NCBI RefSeq assembly: GCF_006345805.1
Contig: NC_043012.1
Span: 49,476,001 to 49,540,000 of the forward strand
Direction of reading: 5' to 3'
Length of the DNA: 64,000 bases
Source: Octopus sinensis
Lineage: Eukaryota
Position numbers and translations under genes: made by a program. The notes beneath the pieces are model-generated. The model was not told the origin of the DNA, ran no database searches, and saw only the letters and a program-made list of their open reading frames with translations. Numbering within the stretch: the stretch's first letter is position 1; each line of letters opens with the position of its first letter. Of the stretch, positions 1-14,870 are shown one piece after another.

Positions 1-753
1 TTGCTTTGAGGGGAAACACCGATAGAGGTAGAATGTTATAGCATATCTATGACCCAATCGGCCAGTTGGCCTAGGCATATATTCGTTCATGAAAGCAGTA
101 GCAAAAATCTTCATGTTTAGACATTAGGTAGTCACTTGGGTGGATGAATTCTACAATCTGGCTTTGTTCTCAGCTAAGCGGTGGCTGTAACCTCTACTTC
201 AGCTGAAGTAAGTTTACCACGTTTCTAGCTTCACTTTTTGTAACATGATGCACAATATTTTACTTCGATAAGCATATGTGAAAGCATATGCGATTCAGAA
301 GAAGCTTCAAAAGTTTTGAACCATTTTTTGACGATTGCTTTGGTTTGGTTCTCCCCAAAATGGTATAAAATGGATTGGTAATTTAGCTGCTATGATCGCA
401 TAGCATTATATTTGTCAACAATAATAATATAAAACTTCAATCAAGTTATGATTACCTGTTTTGTGATTCTTTGATTTTTTTACAAATATATGCGTATGTA
501 TGCACATATATTACGCATATGTGCACACACACATGTAGACACAAAAATATTTTTCTTTATTCGTCAAGCTACAAAGATATCACAAAAACTGTTATTCAGT
601 GTTTCACGTTCCCATTCGTCGAAGTTTTGGTTGGAACATTCCCAACCAAAACTGCAACTTTAATAATAAAGCATATTACTCTACTTCCTGCATTCGAGTA
701 TATTTTTTCACCTTGTTTCACATTTAGGTGCTTACTCTGGTATATATATGTAC

Positions 754-762
754 ATATGTATA

Positions 763-817
<55 letters not shown>

Positions 818-917
818 GCTGTTATTATTATTATTGCTGTTATTATTATTATTGTTGTTATTATTATTATTATTGTTATTATTATTATATTATTATATTA
901 TTATTATTATATTATTA

Positions 918-961
<44 letters not shown>

Positions 962-965
962 ATTA
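754..965. repeat. (ATT)n microsatellite; similar tracts at 1588-1727 and 2005-2240
   Basis: Direct trinucleotide repeat; source of poly-I/L/Y artefact ORFs. Confidence 0.97.
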
Positions 966-1083
966 TTGTTTGACTTCTGCTTTATATTTGTACAAGTTGG
1001 CTCCAAGTCTCATCCAGAGACCTCAAGAGACAACAGGTTGGAAGTTCACGTTGTTGTTATGCCTAGTGTGCCATATATTTGGT

Positions 1084-1495
1084 TACTCTTTTTACTCTTT
1101 TACTCTTTTACTTGTTTCAGTCATTTGACTGCGGCCATGCTGGAGCACCGCCTTTAGTCGAGCAAATCGACCTCGGGACTTATTCTTTGTAAGCCCAGTA
1201 CTTATTCTATCGGTCTCTTTTGCCGAACCGCTAAGTGACGGGGACGTAAACACGCCAGCATCGGTTGTCAAGCAATGCTAGGGGGACAAATACAGACACA
1301 CAAACACACACACACATATATATATACATATATACGACAGGCTTCTTTCAGTTTCCTTCTACCAAATCCACACACAAGGCATTGGTCGGCCCGGGGCTAT
1401 AGCAGAAGACACTTGCCCAAGATGCCACGCAGTGGGACTGAACCCGGAACCATGTGGGTTAGCAAGATACTTACCACACAGCCACTCCTGCGCCT
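1084..1495 (-). mobile_element. tRNA-derived SINE family A (CORE-like central block), full length
   Basis: Reverse strand has tRNA-like head, GGCANCTTGGGCAAGTGTCTTCT block, internal CA/TA tract and tail GGCGGTGCTCCAGCATGGCCGCAGTCAAATGACTGAAAC; many copies in window. Confidence 0.9.
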
Positions 1496-1609
1496 GGTTG
1501 TTTTTTTTTGGTGTTGTACTAGTGGATATCTAAAAAAAATTGTTTGTTTTAAACCTTGAGATTACATAGAAAGTATTTTGCGTAGGATATGAGCAGTTTA
1601 TTATTATTA

Positions 1610-1641
<32 letters not shown>

Positions 1642-1664
1642 TTATATTATTATTATTATTATTA

Positions 1665-1706
<42 letters not shown>

Positions 1707-2021
1707 TATTATATTATTATTATTACAGGTGAGTAGAACGAATATTTTCTACATCTATAATATACAATTATTTACACCATTCTTCCTTGGCCCTTTCGGC
1801 TGTATCAACTGCATACTGCTATTTGTGTATCTTGGTGTTAATTGTCGATGCAGTTTCTTCAGGGTCCGTTATTTACTGCCATTCGATGTTAGTCTGAAGA
1901 AATTACGAGGATGGTTGAATAATAAGTGTCTTTTAGGTGCTGGTGTTACTATAAACGGTTGTATTATTCTGTATCCAAAGTCAATAACTGAATAATTGTT
2001 AATACAAATAATAATAATATA

Positions 2022-2058
<37 letters not shown>

Positions 2059-2087
2059 AATAATAATAATAATGATAATAATAATAT

Positions 2088-2158
<71 letters not shown>

Positions 2159-2266
2159 TAATAATAATAATAATAATAATGCTAATAATAGTAATGATAA
2201 TGATGATGATGATGATGATGATAATAATAATAATAATAAGCGAAAACATGCACGCGCACACAGACT

Positions 2267-2308
<42 letters not shown>

Positions 2309-3491
2309 CACATGTGCGTGTGTGAGTGTGTGTGTGATCACGTATACATGCATAATTGTGTGCGTCTGTGCGTGTGCTTTGGTATTTTTACAATAACTTG
2401 ATGGCGGCCCTAAAACTGTGTTATTAAGGCTTAGAAAGTTGTAAATAGTAACCTCGACCTTTTTTAAAACGCATTCTGCCTATCTGTGCATCTATTCTAT
2501 CTATCTACCTACTTATCCGTGTATACACATAATACATATATGAATTTATAGTCACGTGGAAATACACGCACATATGCAAAGACACACACACACACACATA
2601 GGTAGTACTGGAATCGATTGCTAGCGAGACATTTCTATAGGGCTGACGGTAAAGGAAGGTTAGGAGGTGGGATAAAGAAGGATGAGAGAAGGAGATACAG
2701 AAAGCAAAAGACAGGACGCGTAAAAACTAGAGGGAACGACCAGTGATTGATTAAGTGACAAAGAAAAATAAACATATCAATAGAATGAAATCAAATAGAG
2801 AAACATAAATTCATGCAGAGATGTTTCTGTTATACATTAAGCAACATTTTTCTTCTGAGCTGGGAGATTCTAAACAAATCTGTATATCGTGACCTCGGGG
2901 TTTAAATCTAAAAGAATTCGCCAGAAGACCATTGAAAAATCTCCGGCGATTGTTTTCATTTTGCTATATTTCATTGTCTCTATTTCTTCAATTACTATTT
3001 TTTCTCCTATCCAACTGAGATGTCACGCTGCCACGTTTTTCTATGAACTATTATATCAACAGATGAAAAAGAAGAAGGAAAAATTGAAAGGAAAATAGAA
3101 AACAGAAAAAAAAAAATATCCTAGAAAACATTATGAGATTTTTGCTAAAACGTAGACTGTTAACAATGTCAACATTTGGGCTTAAAGATCTATTTTAATT
3201 AAATGGTAACGTTGAAAATCGGAAAACGAAGATAAATAAATAAATTATGTTTGTTCATACCGATGTCTTTTGGAAAGACGTTTAACTGTGACTTACATGA
3301 CAAACAAAATTAAATGACTTACCCGGAGACAGCAAAACACAACACCTGCAGTGGGGTCCATGAATCATGAACTTCAAATTTATTTGTTCCTGCTTAGTCT
3401 ACATAATAACAATATGTATTCCTCTGAATAAGTATGATTCAGTGTCTCCCGCCTTCTTTGTGTGCATGCATATATATATACATTTACTTAT

Positions 3492-3601
<110 letters not shown>

Positions 3602-3789
3602 ATATATATACATTTATATATATTGTGTGTGTGAGCAGGCGCGCACGTGCGCGTGTGTGCATTTGTGAGTGCGAGTGTGTGAGAGTGTGTGTATGTCTCT
3701 GTGTTTGTGCGTCTATGTGTGTATGTACATGCACACACACATATATGTGTATATATATTTAAAAAACGCGCGCGCGTACACACACACAC

Positions 3790-3954
3790 ACACACATAAG
3801 TGCCGGCGTGGTAAGATGTTAGCCCCCCAATCACATGATTCTAGGTTCAGTCCCACTGTGTGGCACCTTGGGCAAGTGTCTTCTATTATAGCCTCGGGCC
3901 CAGCACACTGTGGTAAGTGGATTTGTCCGACTGAAATTGAAAGAAGGCCATTTG

Positions 3955-3988
<34 letters not shown>

Positions 3989-4245
3989 TATAAATATATA
4001 TACATATGTGTATATATTTATGTGTGTGTGTTTGTGTCTGTGTTTGCTCCCCCCATCACCGTATATGACCAGTGTTGGTGTATTTATGCCTTTGTAACTT
4101 TATGATTCGGCAACTTGTCCGATAGAATAAGTATTAGACTTTAGAAAATAAGTGATGGAGTCGATTTGTTCGACTAAAATGCATTCGAGGCAGTGCTCCA
4201 GCGTGGCTACAGTCAAATAACTGAAACAAATAAGTAACTAAAAGA
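3790..4245 (+). mobile_element. SINE family A, diverged copy
   Basis: Head GGTTCAGTCCCACTGTGTGGCACCTTGGGCAAGTGTCTT and tail GGCAGTGCTCCAGCGTGGC match the other copies. Confidence 0.8.
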
Positions 4246-5862
4246 ATATATACAGTGATGCATACAGCAATGTAATTCACAACTGTGCCGTTGGCTATTT
4301 CTTCTCCATCTTTGGACTTTTCGCTTTTACGTTTCCGACAAAGATCTATGCTCGAAACATCAAACTGTCTCCTTTTACGTCGCTCCAGTTCTCTCATCTG
4401 TTGAAGGGAGTTGCGACGTTGGTGGCGCCAAACTCAATCATCCTTTGCCTTTCCCTTGGATAACATCGATGGCGTGGTGAGAGGATGCTGTTATGCATGG
4501 GCAACCGCTGGTCTTCTACAAAAACAATCTTGCGCGGACTTGCGCCTCAGACGGTAACATTATAGGTGCAAACCCATGGAAATTCGTGACCGAAGCGGGC
4601 CTTTTCATTCATGTATATAAACACACGCAAAATGCAGATATATCGCATTATACACCTGCATAACCGCAAGTACATTACTTCTGGTATGGATAACAAATCG
4701 TCACACTGATTCGTTTCCCGATGAAGTGTTTACCATGAAAAATTTTGTCTCCTTCCAAAACCATTTCTTCTCCCATTTGTGTCTCATTTGCCACACATTA
4801 ACGAGAAATACAATTTAGTTCTACAGACGATTTCCCCTTTTTAATTTCCTGTATTGTCATCGAAAGTGAACCACGGTGCGAAAAGAAGTAAACTTTTTAT
4901 TGTTTCAGTCGTTATAACTCCGTTTTGCTTAGATTACTTAACACGCTGATGGAGATACAGGATGATATTTTTACTATTACCCTACATGTATTCTAGTGAG
5001 TCTGCAGCATGCATACATCACACAACACCCTGCTACAAGTTGCCAAATTTTGATCATAAAAAGGATACCTGAACAAGTCTATCAAACAACAGGTTACGTT
5101 AGAGTTAAGAAAGCAAGACATGAGGTTAGATTTACTTATAATTTCGCTATTGCAGCGTTTTGGATTTGCATCATTTTATCGACGCGAATAGATAAAATGC
5201 AAAATTGACAAAAGGCCTTTTTTTTAATTCAGATCATTTGAACTCAGTGTAATATGCTCGAAGATCTAACGACTCTATCAATGTGTTTCTGGGTATAGGT
5301 ATGTAATGGATACGATTATATGGATTTATATGTATACATAGGAGCTGGTGTGTGTGTGTGCGCTCGCGTGTGTGTGTGTGTCTGTGTCTGTGTGTGCATA
5401 ACTTGTAATCCGAAGACAGCCATAGCTAAAGAAATGTGAAGATGAAAATATGTTACACCTTCGTATTACGTAAACCTTGTTCCGATTTGTACGGAAACCT
5501 GCGAAGTGCACATATACTTCCTGCATTACCTACACGTAACAATTTAAAATCGTCTAATTAGCAATTTGATTGCTAAGTCGTGAGTTTTATAATGGCAGCT
5601 ATCTTATCAAAACTTCCATCGAATTCCATTTGGGACAAACTGTTTCAAATATGTTGATCGAGTATCATCCACTCCATGTCATCTATACATGTCATGTACA
5701 TCCCCAATGCTAACTAACTGACTATAACAAGATCTTTGCGGATCACGCTACTATATTACAACACACCCACACTTATATATATAATATATGTATGCATATG
5801 CGCATATATATTTGCATGTATGTATATATAATATATGAATACACACACCACGCCACATACAC

Positions 5863-5906
<44 letters not shown>

Positions 5907-5940
5907 TGTGTGAGTGTGTGTGTGATGAAGTATATATGCG

Positions 5941-5976
<36 letters not shown>

Positions 5977-6794
5977 CGTATGCATCTATGTATGTACATA
6001 CAGTCATATCCACATGAGTGAGTGCTCGTATTTTCATGATTCAGTTAATCTCTCGATACATACTTAATGAAAAGTGAACGTTGGCAGTCATTTTCTCCTG
6101 TGGCTTGGGTTAAATACGAATTTCTTTTATCGCTTTCTATCTAGTAACATACGCACACATTTCCTCAGACGCAAACACAGTCGCTTACATCCATGTACAT
6201 CACTTTCGAATCACTATGTAATATCTCTGGTGCTAGACATTAGAAATTCGCCGAATTCTACTTCAGCTCGGTTATAAAGTGATTTTGATATCAAATACGT
6301 AAATGTTACGCATAATATATGAGTGTACTTCAGTTTTGATAGAAAGATAGTGAATGCCAAGAGGAGTATATTTTCTGAAAGTCACACAGTCAGCTAAAAT
6401 ACTGGTTTGATTTTTGCTAGATAATTCGTAGATAATTGTCCCTGATGAATAATTACATATCAATATATATCAATATATATGTAGATACTCACACACACTT
6501 ACACACAAGGATACACACACGCACTTATCTATGCATATGTATGTATACTTGTATATGTGTATTTTCTTGTATGTGGATATATGTATGTGTGCGAGCGTGC
6601 GTGCAATAATGTATGTGTGGTGTGTGTGTGGTGTGTGTGTGTGTGTATACACATATAAGTATATGTGTATATAGTATACGTATACAAATTTTGTAATACC
6701 TCTAATTTGAAGAAAGTGAATGAACGAAACTCTCGGCCCTTGAACCCTTTCGCAACTTCTTCCAAATCAATGAAAAGATATGTATATATGTATG

Positions 6795-6871
<77 letters not shown>

Positions 6872-7073
6872 TGAGAAAGAGATACAGAACGACAAAGATA
6901 GATAGATAGATAGATAGGCAGACAGACATATAGAGATATACATAATGTATACTTGTATATGTATGTACGTATATATGTATATATGTATAATCATAAGTTT
7001 AGGCGAGTCTGTCCCTATTCCTCTCTCTCCATCCCTCCTATTCTCTCATTCTTTTTTTGTATATATATATATA

Positions 7074-7126
<53 letters not shown>

Positions 7127-7699
7127 GTGTGTGTGTGTATATATGTATATATATATCTATATATGATGGGATGGAACAAATTTATAAGACACCCACATTG
7201 CTCTATTCAAAATCTTTTAGAAACATTTTATCTACCATAAAATATTTATTCATTGAAGTATTTTATTACTCAATTAAATATAAGATAAATATAAACCGGA
7301 ATCCGAGCTTTCGATAGTCGATAATTCATTGAAAATTGCTAAATATAACTTGATACCATTTAACTCTTTCGGAATCAGTTATTTGTAAACATTTAAGTAC
7401 TATTGTTGTCTTTGTATCTCTTTCCTGAATACGGAAGATATTCTCGGCGAATGTTCAGTTTAACGCAACGCTTCGGTATGATGTTAAAGCAAATTCTGGG
7501 AAAATAAAAGGAAAAGAAATAAAATTATACAAATATCTGTTTATACAATAAAACAGAATTGAATGCGTATACATATACATGCCATACAGGTGATTGTTGC
7601 TTAGTTGATTTTATACGTGTGAGTGAATGTGTTTGTGAGTGAATGTGTGCGTTCAGGCGCACGTATGTATATATGTATGTATGTATCTTTTATCTTTTA

Positions 7700-7915
7700 T
7701 CTTTCGTACATGTTTCAGTCATTAGACTGCGGCCATACTGGGGCGTCGCCTTGAAGAATTTCTTTTTAGGCAAACGAATCGGCCTCAGTACTTATTTAAT
7801 AAGCCCGGTACTTATTATTCTACCAATCTTTTTGCCCAACCACTAAGTTAAGAGGACGTAACCATCACCAGCGGTTGTCAAGTGGTGGTGGTGAAGAAAC
7901 ACAAGCACACACACG
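7700..7915 (-). mobile_element. SINE family A, 3' half
   Basis: TGTTTCAGTCATTAGACTGCGGCCATACTGGGGCG tail and downstream body match. Confidence 0.8.
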
Positions 7916-7925
7916 TTATATATAT

Positions 7926-8023
<98 letters not shown>

Positions 8024-8918
8024 TATATAAATATTTATAATATATGTATATATATATATATATATACAGAGAGTGAGAGAGAAAGAAACATATGTATACA
8101 CGCGTGTGTGTATATATATATAAATAAAAAGTAACAAACAAGTAAACTACCACCACCTAACAAAGGGTTTCGATTGGTATGTGTTTGAGATGTAATGAAG
8201 TGTATTTCGATGGTTGTGGATTGTACTTATCTGGTTGTATCGTACGTTGTTTTTTTTATTGTAATTGTTGTACGATTGAATAGTTCATAATACATAGTCA
8301 ATACATACGCTCATAATACATAGACAATTGAATTAATTTTTACAATCCAGCCTTCGATGTCCACAGACTTGAAGATGCTTCTCTGGAAAGAACAATGGTC
8401 TGAGTAAAATGTACGATATGTATTGGCATTTAAAAGAAAGTTTAGCAAGAATAATTAATTGTCCTGTCAAGAGACGTATATTGCCCTACCTTCTCTGCAC
8501 ATACGTATTTACTATATTCAGTTATAGATAAGATGGATGTAAGTTTATATCTATATCTACTCTCATCCAAAAATACAAACATACACCATTGGTTGTACAC
8601 AAAGGTGTTTCACATAGCAGAACTTATTCCCTTTATTCGAAGTTGGATATCTACAGCGTTGTAACTTAAAACACATTTTTGCTATGTGTATTCACTTAGG
8701 CGACAAATGGGTTAGATATTCGTATCCATGAGTGAATTTCTCGTTTCTGTTATACGTGTGTAAATGTTTTTACATTTCTGTGTGGGAGCTCATTCATGTA
8801 TTTCAGCAAATGCTATCTATTTTCATATTACGTAACTTACATTGTTTTATAAACGACATTCCCTCAGTTCTAATCCTGTTACCAATATTCTTTCTACTCT
8901 GTTTTAAGATGGGGATAT

Positions 8919-8954
<36 letters not shown>

Positions 8955-9474
8955 GAAAAGCAGGCGGTTCATTTGCGTTGTTATATATATTATCTTTTTT
9001 TTTCGTTTCCCTTAAAGTTTACTTACATCTTCGTCCTCTCATTTATCTATCTTATTATCATCTGTTCGTCGACCGTCTGCTTCTCTCAATCATCACTGCC
9101 ATTACTTCAGACTATCACTTCCGGTGTGTTTGTCACACTCTTGTATCATGTCAACACTTTCAGTAATTTCCGCTATATTCCGGCTCCAATATTTTGTAGC
9201 CGTCATCTCGTTTCCGTCACATATTTCTCTCTAAACTTGAAGGAACCAACAAAAGTATAAATTAAATGAATAAAATAAGATAAAAAAAAAGAATTACTTT
9301 CTGTCCTTCGACGGTTGTTTATCAACTTGATTCTTTCAGCACCAGAGATATTTCAGCCGATAGTCACGGTTAGTTCAAGACAGGTGTAGGGAGGCCTGGT
9401 GTGAACTTTGTACTTTTCTGTAGCTTCTATGGCAGTCTCTCATAGGTTAACAGCTTTGTTCCACATCCCTCTTC

Positions 9475-9565
9475 TCTTTTATCATCTTCATCATCATCAC
9501 CATCATTGCCATTATCTTCAGCATTATCATCATGCTGAGCCTCTTTATCTTCCTTTTCCCCATAT

Positions 9566-9614
<49 letters not shown>

Positions 9615-10520
9615 TTCTTTTCGTTCTTTCTTTCTTTCTTTCTTTCTTCCTTTCTTTCTTTCTGCTTCCGTCCTTCCTTCTTTCTTTTCTTTCTTTCTTT
9701 CTTCTGGTTCTTTGGATTCTTCTTTTCCTTTAGTTCTCCTCCTCCTGCTCCTCTTCTTCTTCTTCTTCTTCTTCTTTTTTTCTCTTCTTCTTCTTCTTTT
9801 TCCTTTTCTTCTTCTTCTTCTCCTTCTTCTTCTTCGCTTTCTTCTTCTTCTTCTCTTTCCTTCTTCTCTGCCCCTTCTTCTTCTTCTCCTTTTCTTCTCC
9901 TTCTTCTTCTTCTTCTTCTTCTTCTTCCCCACTCTACCCTCCCCTCCACCCCTTCTCCTACTTTTCATCTCCTCTCCTCCTCTTCCTCTCCTCCACCTTA
10001 TACTCCTACCACCACCACTACCACCACCACCACTACCACCACTACTTTCTCCCCCTCTTCCTTTAACCCACTCCCCACTTCCCCCCTTTCTTTACATCAT
10101 ATTCACTTCCACTATTTTCCTTCCTTATTTACTTCACTTCCATTCGTCTTCATTTTGTCTTTTCCATTTCTTTCAGCTTGCTGCAATTCTATTTCTTTCG
10201 TCGTCGTCGTCCTCCTCCTCCTCCTCTTCCTTCCGTCCAACGTCGTCGTCACCACCGTTATCGTCTTCACCATTATCAGCATCAGCAGCATCACTCGCAT
10301 CATCATCATCTTCGTTATCATCTTCATCGTCGTCGCTTTCCCAATTTTCCGTAATTATTTTCTCCCTCAACCATAACAAGCACCGACACCAACACCACTC
10401 TACTGTGTACAAAAGCATAGGTAACAGGAATACGAATGGATTTCTGCTGCTGCTGTTACTACTACTACCACCACACATTCCACCACCACCACCACCACCA
10501 CCACCACAACCACCAACGTG
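9475..10520. repeat. Compound microsatellite (CAT, CTTT, CTT, CCA)
   Basis: Direct inspection; explains the long S/L/F/K/E-rich artefact ORFs. Confidence 0.95.
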
Positions 10521-10544
10521 CTGGGTCATTGTCAAACTGTAGGC

Positions 10545-10990
10545 GTGTGCATCTTCATTTGATCAATACCAAGTTGCAGGATTTTAAAAATTGATATTTT
10601 TGTAACATTTGTTGGGCATAAAAGTTAGTGTTCACAGCATGACCATCTTGGAGAAGCTCAAAGTGCAATGCCCACTCAAAATTCCACCAAACACAAAATG
10701 ACAAAACACACAACCCGGGATGCTGTAGCAGGCCATTCACAATTTGAAACGAGGAGCCGATTGAAAAGGTTTGGCGAATATTTATGGAAGATCGTTGAGT
10801 AACAATCCAGAAAATTGTTCTCGAAGTAGGAGTAAGTTTAGGATCAGTGCATTCCATTTTAACGGAGGAATTGTGCATGTGGAGAGTGTCGGCGAAATTC
10901 GCCCCCAAAGTGCTAGCAGATCTGCAGGAGCAACTCCTAATAGAACTTGCTGGATTGTGCAAACCACGACCCAGACTTCATGAAAGAATT
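10545..10990 (-). pseudogene. Degraded mariner transposase fragment
   Basis: Translation LSFCVWWNFEWALHFELLQDGHAVNTNFYAQQ resembles the mariner catalytic-domain segment VMLCVWW..G.IHFELL..G.TIN...Y; frameshifted. Confidence 0.8.
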
Positions 10991-11319
10991 GTTCATGCAT
11001 GCGCATGTATGTTACCTTCCACTTAAAAGATTTTCTCTGCGCGGATTAGTTTTGGCGGGAAATACTAAAATCGGATAGTTTTTGATTGTACTAAGGTTTT
11101 TCAGCTATGAGACAGCACTAGACAAGACATGCGCGGAAGTAATACTAATGGAAAAGTTTGTATAGGATATGAAAAGGATTTAGAAAGAAAGTGAGAAAGA
11201 AAGAAACAAAGAAAGAAAGAAGGACGGTGGAAGGATGGAAGAAAGATAAAAATATAAACTGAAACGTGAGAAAGCAAATCGTATCCCGTATAATCGTTAT
11301 GTATATATTCTTTTATTCT

Positions 11320-11617
<298 letters not shown>

Positions 11618-11755
11618 TGGAGAGATAGATACAACACAGTCGGTATTCCACGGGTTAAACCTTGATATTCCAAAGGAAGTATTCATGTACTTATATATCA
11701 AAACACCATACTCACACTCTCACGCATATACACACATACGCAAGCACATACATGC

Positions 11756-11788
<33 letters not shown>

Positions 11789-12159
11789 AATATATATCTG
11801 TCAAGATGGTGTTATGTATCTCACCTTCGCATATCATGCTCGTTATTCTCCTTTACTCTTTAGACTTCCTTTCTTCTATACTCTCCAGTATCTTTTAAAA
11901 CTCTCACTCAGCTCTTGGTGCTCTTTGAATCTCTCTCTCTCTTTCTCTTCCTCTCTCCCTATCACACGTCGTTCCTCGATATCTCAGTAGCTCTACCTTT
12001 CCCCCAGCAGCTCCACTCCTTCTCTGCTGTCCCACCTACACACATGCTCAGCCGTATAGTTCACTGACTTAAGTGTCATTTCTCCTGACATTAAAACTGT
12101 CATCTGTCTATGACACCTGAATATAGTGGCCAACCTTGGGAGACACTTTGAAATCGATT

Positions 12160-12714
12160 GTTACAACGGATATATCAATATCAAGAAGCAGAAACATCAG
12201 CAACAACAGCAACAACTGCAACAATAATAACTGATGCAGCTTTAACTCTATCACAAACAACAACAACAGCAACAGTCGAATCAGCAACGACAATGGTGGC
12301 CATTTTTCCTTCAACAACAGAAGCAGTTAAAATATCAACAACAGCAATGTTAATATGAACAACATAAAAGACAAAAAAAAACAGTAGCAATTAAAATACA
12401 GAATCATAAATATCTTTCGCTCTTTGTCCGCCTTCACATCGCCCTCTTCCTCCTCGCATCGTCGACGTCACCCTCATGATCATCATGATCATCATCATGA
12501 TCATCGTCATCATCATCATCAACATCATCATCATCATCATCATCATCATCTTCTTCATCGTCATCGTCATCATCCATCATCATCATCTTCATCATCATCA
12601 TCATCGTCGTCGTCGTCGTCATCGTCATCATCATCAACATTATCATCATTATCATCATCATCGTCGTCGTCGTCGTCGTCATCAACATCATCATCATCAT
12701 CGTCATCATTCATC

Positions 12715-12746
<32 letters not shown>

Positions 12747-12865
12747 CATCATCGTCATCATCAACTTCATCATCATCATCATCATCATCATCCTCATCCT
12801 CATCATCATCATCGTCATCGTCGTCATCGTCGTCATCATCATCACCGTCATCGTCATCGTAGTCA

Positions 12866-12899
<34 letters not shown>

Positions 12900-12965
12900 C
12901 ATCATTATCGTGGTCGTCGCTTTCACCATCCAAAAGCAAATAGTAACAATTGCAACAGACACCAC

Positions 12966-13004
<39 letters not shown>

Positions 13005-13380
13005 TATCCCTCGAACCACCACCACTGAGAACAAGAACAACGAAAACAACTTAACCATCAGCTGCTGGAGAAGTTGCAACAACAACAAAAATGAATGAAA
13101 CATCAAAATCAGAACAGCGTCAGCAGCATTAGCAGCAGTAGCAGTAGTAGTAGTAGCGGTAGCAGGGGCGTAGCAACAATAATAATAGTAACAATAACCG
13201 CAACCACACATGGAGCATTGTACAAGAAACATAAAGATCACGTGCCTGTCACCACGTGTCTTATATTGGCTCAAAATATAATTTTAAAAAACGATTATTG
13301 ACGTCGTCGTCATCATCATAATCATCATCATCATCATCATTATCATTATATACAGCAGCCTGGGAAATAGTAAGAACAAC
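12160..13380. repeat. Compound (CAA)/(CAT)/(CGT)/(CAG) microsatellite
   Basis: Direct inspection. Confidence 0.95.
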
Positions 13381-13941
13381 AGCGTCAGCAGCTAGAATCT
13401 AACGAGAAAGCTTGTGCGTGGTCACTTGACCGGTTTGAAATAGCGGCCAAATTTCCGCTTACTGTTATAACTAAGTAAAGGACACTTTTTGTTTCCTACC
13501 AAAACGTCATGGTTTTTTCCTATAAAAGGTCATGGTTGGAATGACTTCAATCAAAATGGCTGCTCGATTATGGTTGACCTAATGTTAACCATGAACAACA
13601 ACAACAACAACATCAGCAGCTGCAGCAGCAATATGAAGGACAACAATTACGACAGTATCAATAAATGCTTCAACGACAGTCAGAAGCAAATCAACATGTT
13701 CACTCAACCTGAGAGAAAAAGTAACCAGATTGTCTCCCATCACAACATTCGCCTTAAAAGCGTGTTGTTGCCAAATTGGACTGCATTCATCATAGATTAT
13801 CTCAAACAATGTTGCCCTTCGATAAAATAGCAAAATCACCTAGAGAACATAAAAAGCAATCTTTCTAGGAACAGCATGGAGATTAGCGACATCAACTTCA
13901 GTCGGTAAAACGTCCATTCCTGTCTGCTAGAAAGAAAAACG

Positions 13942-14375
13942 GGATCTTTTCGGTTTGAACGGCAGTTTTTAACATAATTTCCACGTAACTAAACACTTTT
14001 AAACTTCGTATACTGGTAGAATGTGTTGATAAAACATCTTTTTCTCTTGGCTTTATTGAGAAAATTGTATACTTTGTAAGATATTTGTTGTTTTTTTTTC
14101 TTCAATTTCTGCAATTTCAACCAATCACTGACGTGTATTGAGGTGAAAAACATTCTGTGCTGTATGAATATGTTCCTCGTTGAGGAAACATATTGGGTTT
14201 ATTTACATTTCTGAAGAAAAAAGATATCCTTGCCCCACCCCTAACCCTTCCCCCCTAACTAACCCTAACCCTAAAACAGATTGAAATGCAATAGATCGAT
14301 ACTAGGGACATAATTATGGGTGACAATTTCAGATGACACCGCTAGAAAAAACTGCCGTTCAAAACGAAAAGATCC
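13942..14375. mobile_element. Non-autonomous DNA transposon (MITE) with GG termini and 8-bp TSD (Merlin- or MULE-like)
   Basis: TIRs GGATCTTTTCGGTTTGAACGGCAGTTTTT / AAAAACTGCCGTTCAAAACGAAAAGATCC; GAAAAACG duplicated at 13934-13941 and 14376-14383. Confidence 0.85.
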
Positions 14376-14606
14376 GAAAAACGTTACGTTCAATGCGTAA
14401 TATTAATGGTGACTCCATAAATATATGATGATAATAATGATGACGACGACGACGATGATGGGAGTGATGATGATGACGATGAAGAGTAGGGGGGTTGACG
14501 TTGATGATGACGATAATGAAGAGGAGAAGAAAGGCATTGATGATGAGCAGGAGGTAGAGGGGGATGACGATAATGATCGTAAATTTTCTTTAATTTTGTT
14601 TAATTA

Positions 14607-14870
14607 TAGGCGCAGGAGTGGCTGTTTGGTATGTAGCTTGCTTGCCAACCACATGGTTCCGGGTTCAGTCTCACTGCGTGGCACGTTGGGCAAGTGTCTT
14701 CTACTATAGTATCGGGCCTACCAGAGCCTTGTGAGTGGATTTGGTAGACGGAAAACTGAAAGAAGCCCGTCGTATATATGTATGCATGTATGTATGTACG
14801 TATATATATATTCTTTATTCTTTTATTCTTTTACTTGTTTCAGTCATTTGACTGCGGCCATGCTGGAGCG
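14607..14870. mobile_element. SINE family A head (+) followed by a tail fragment (-)
   Basis: AGGCGCAGGAGTGGCTGT head at 14607; reverse-strand tail at about 14805-14870. Confidence 0.8.

Noticed and set aside
1-430. Possible very old CR1/L2 ORF2 C-terminus on the - strand
   Set aside because: Many stops and only a vague resemblance (KLETW, RLGHRY); not supportable by eye.
4380-4610. Possible RTE-type LINE or SINE tail fragment
   Set aside because: Resembles retroposon tails but has no second copy or diagnostic motif in the window.
7285-7340. HHR-like TCAATGA...TCGACTATC-GAAAGCTC-GGATT on the - strand
   Set aside because: Three core mismatches and a broken helix II; only the context (arm ending in TA repeats) fits.
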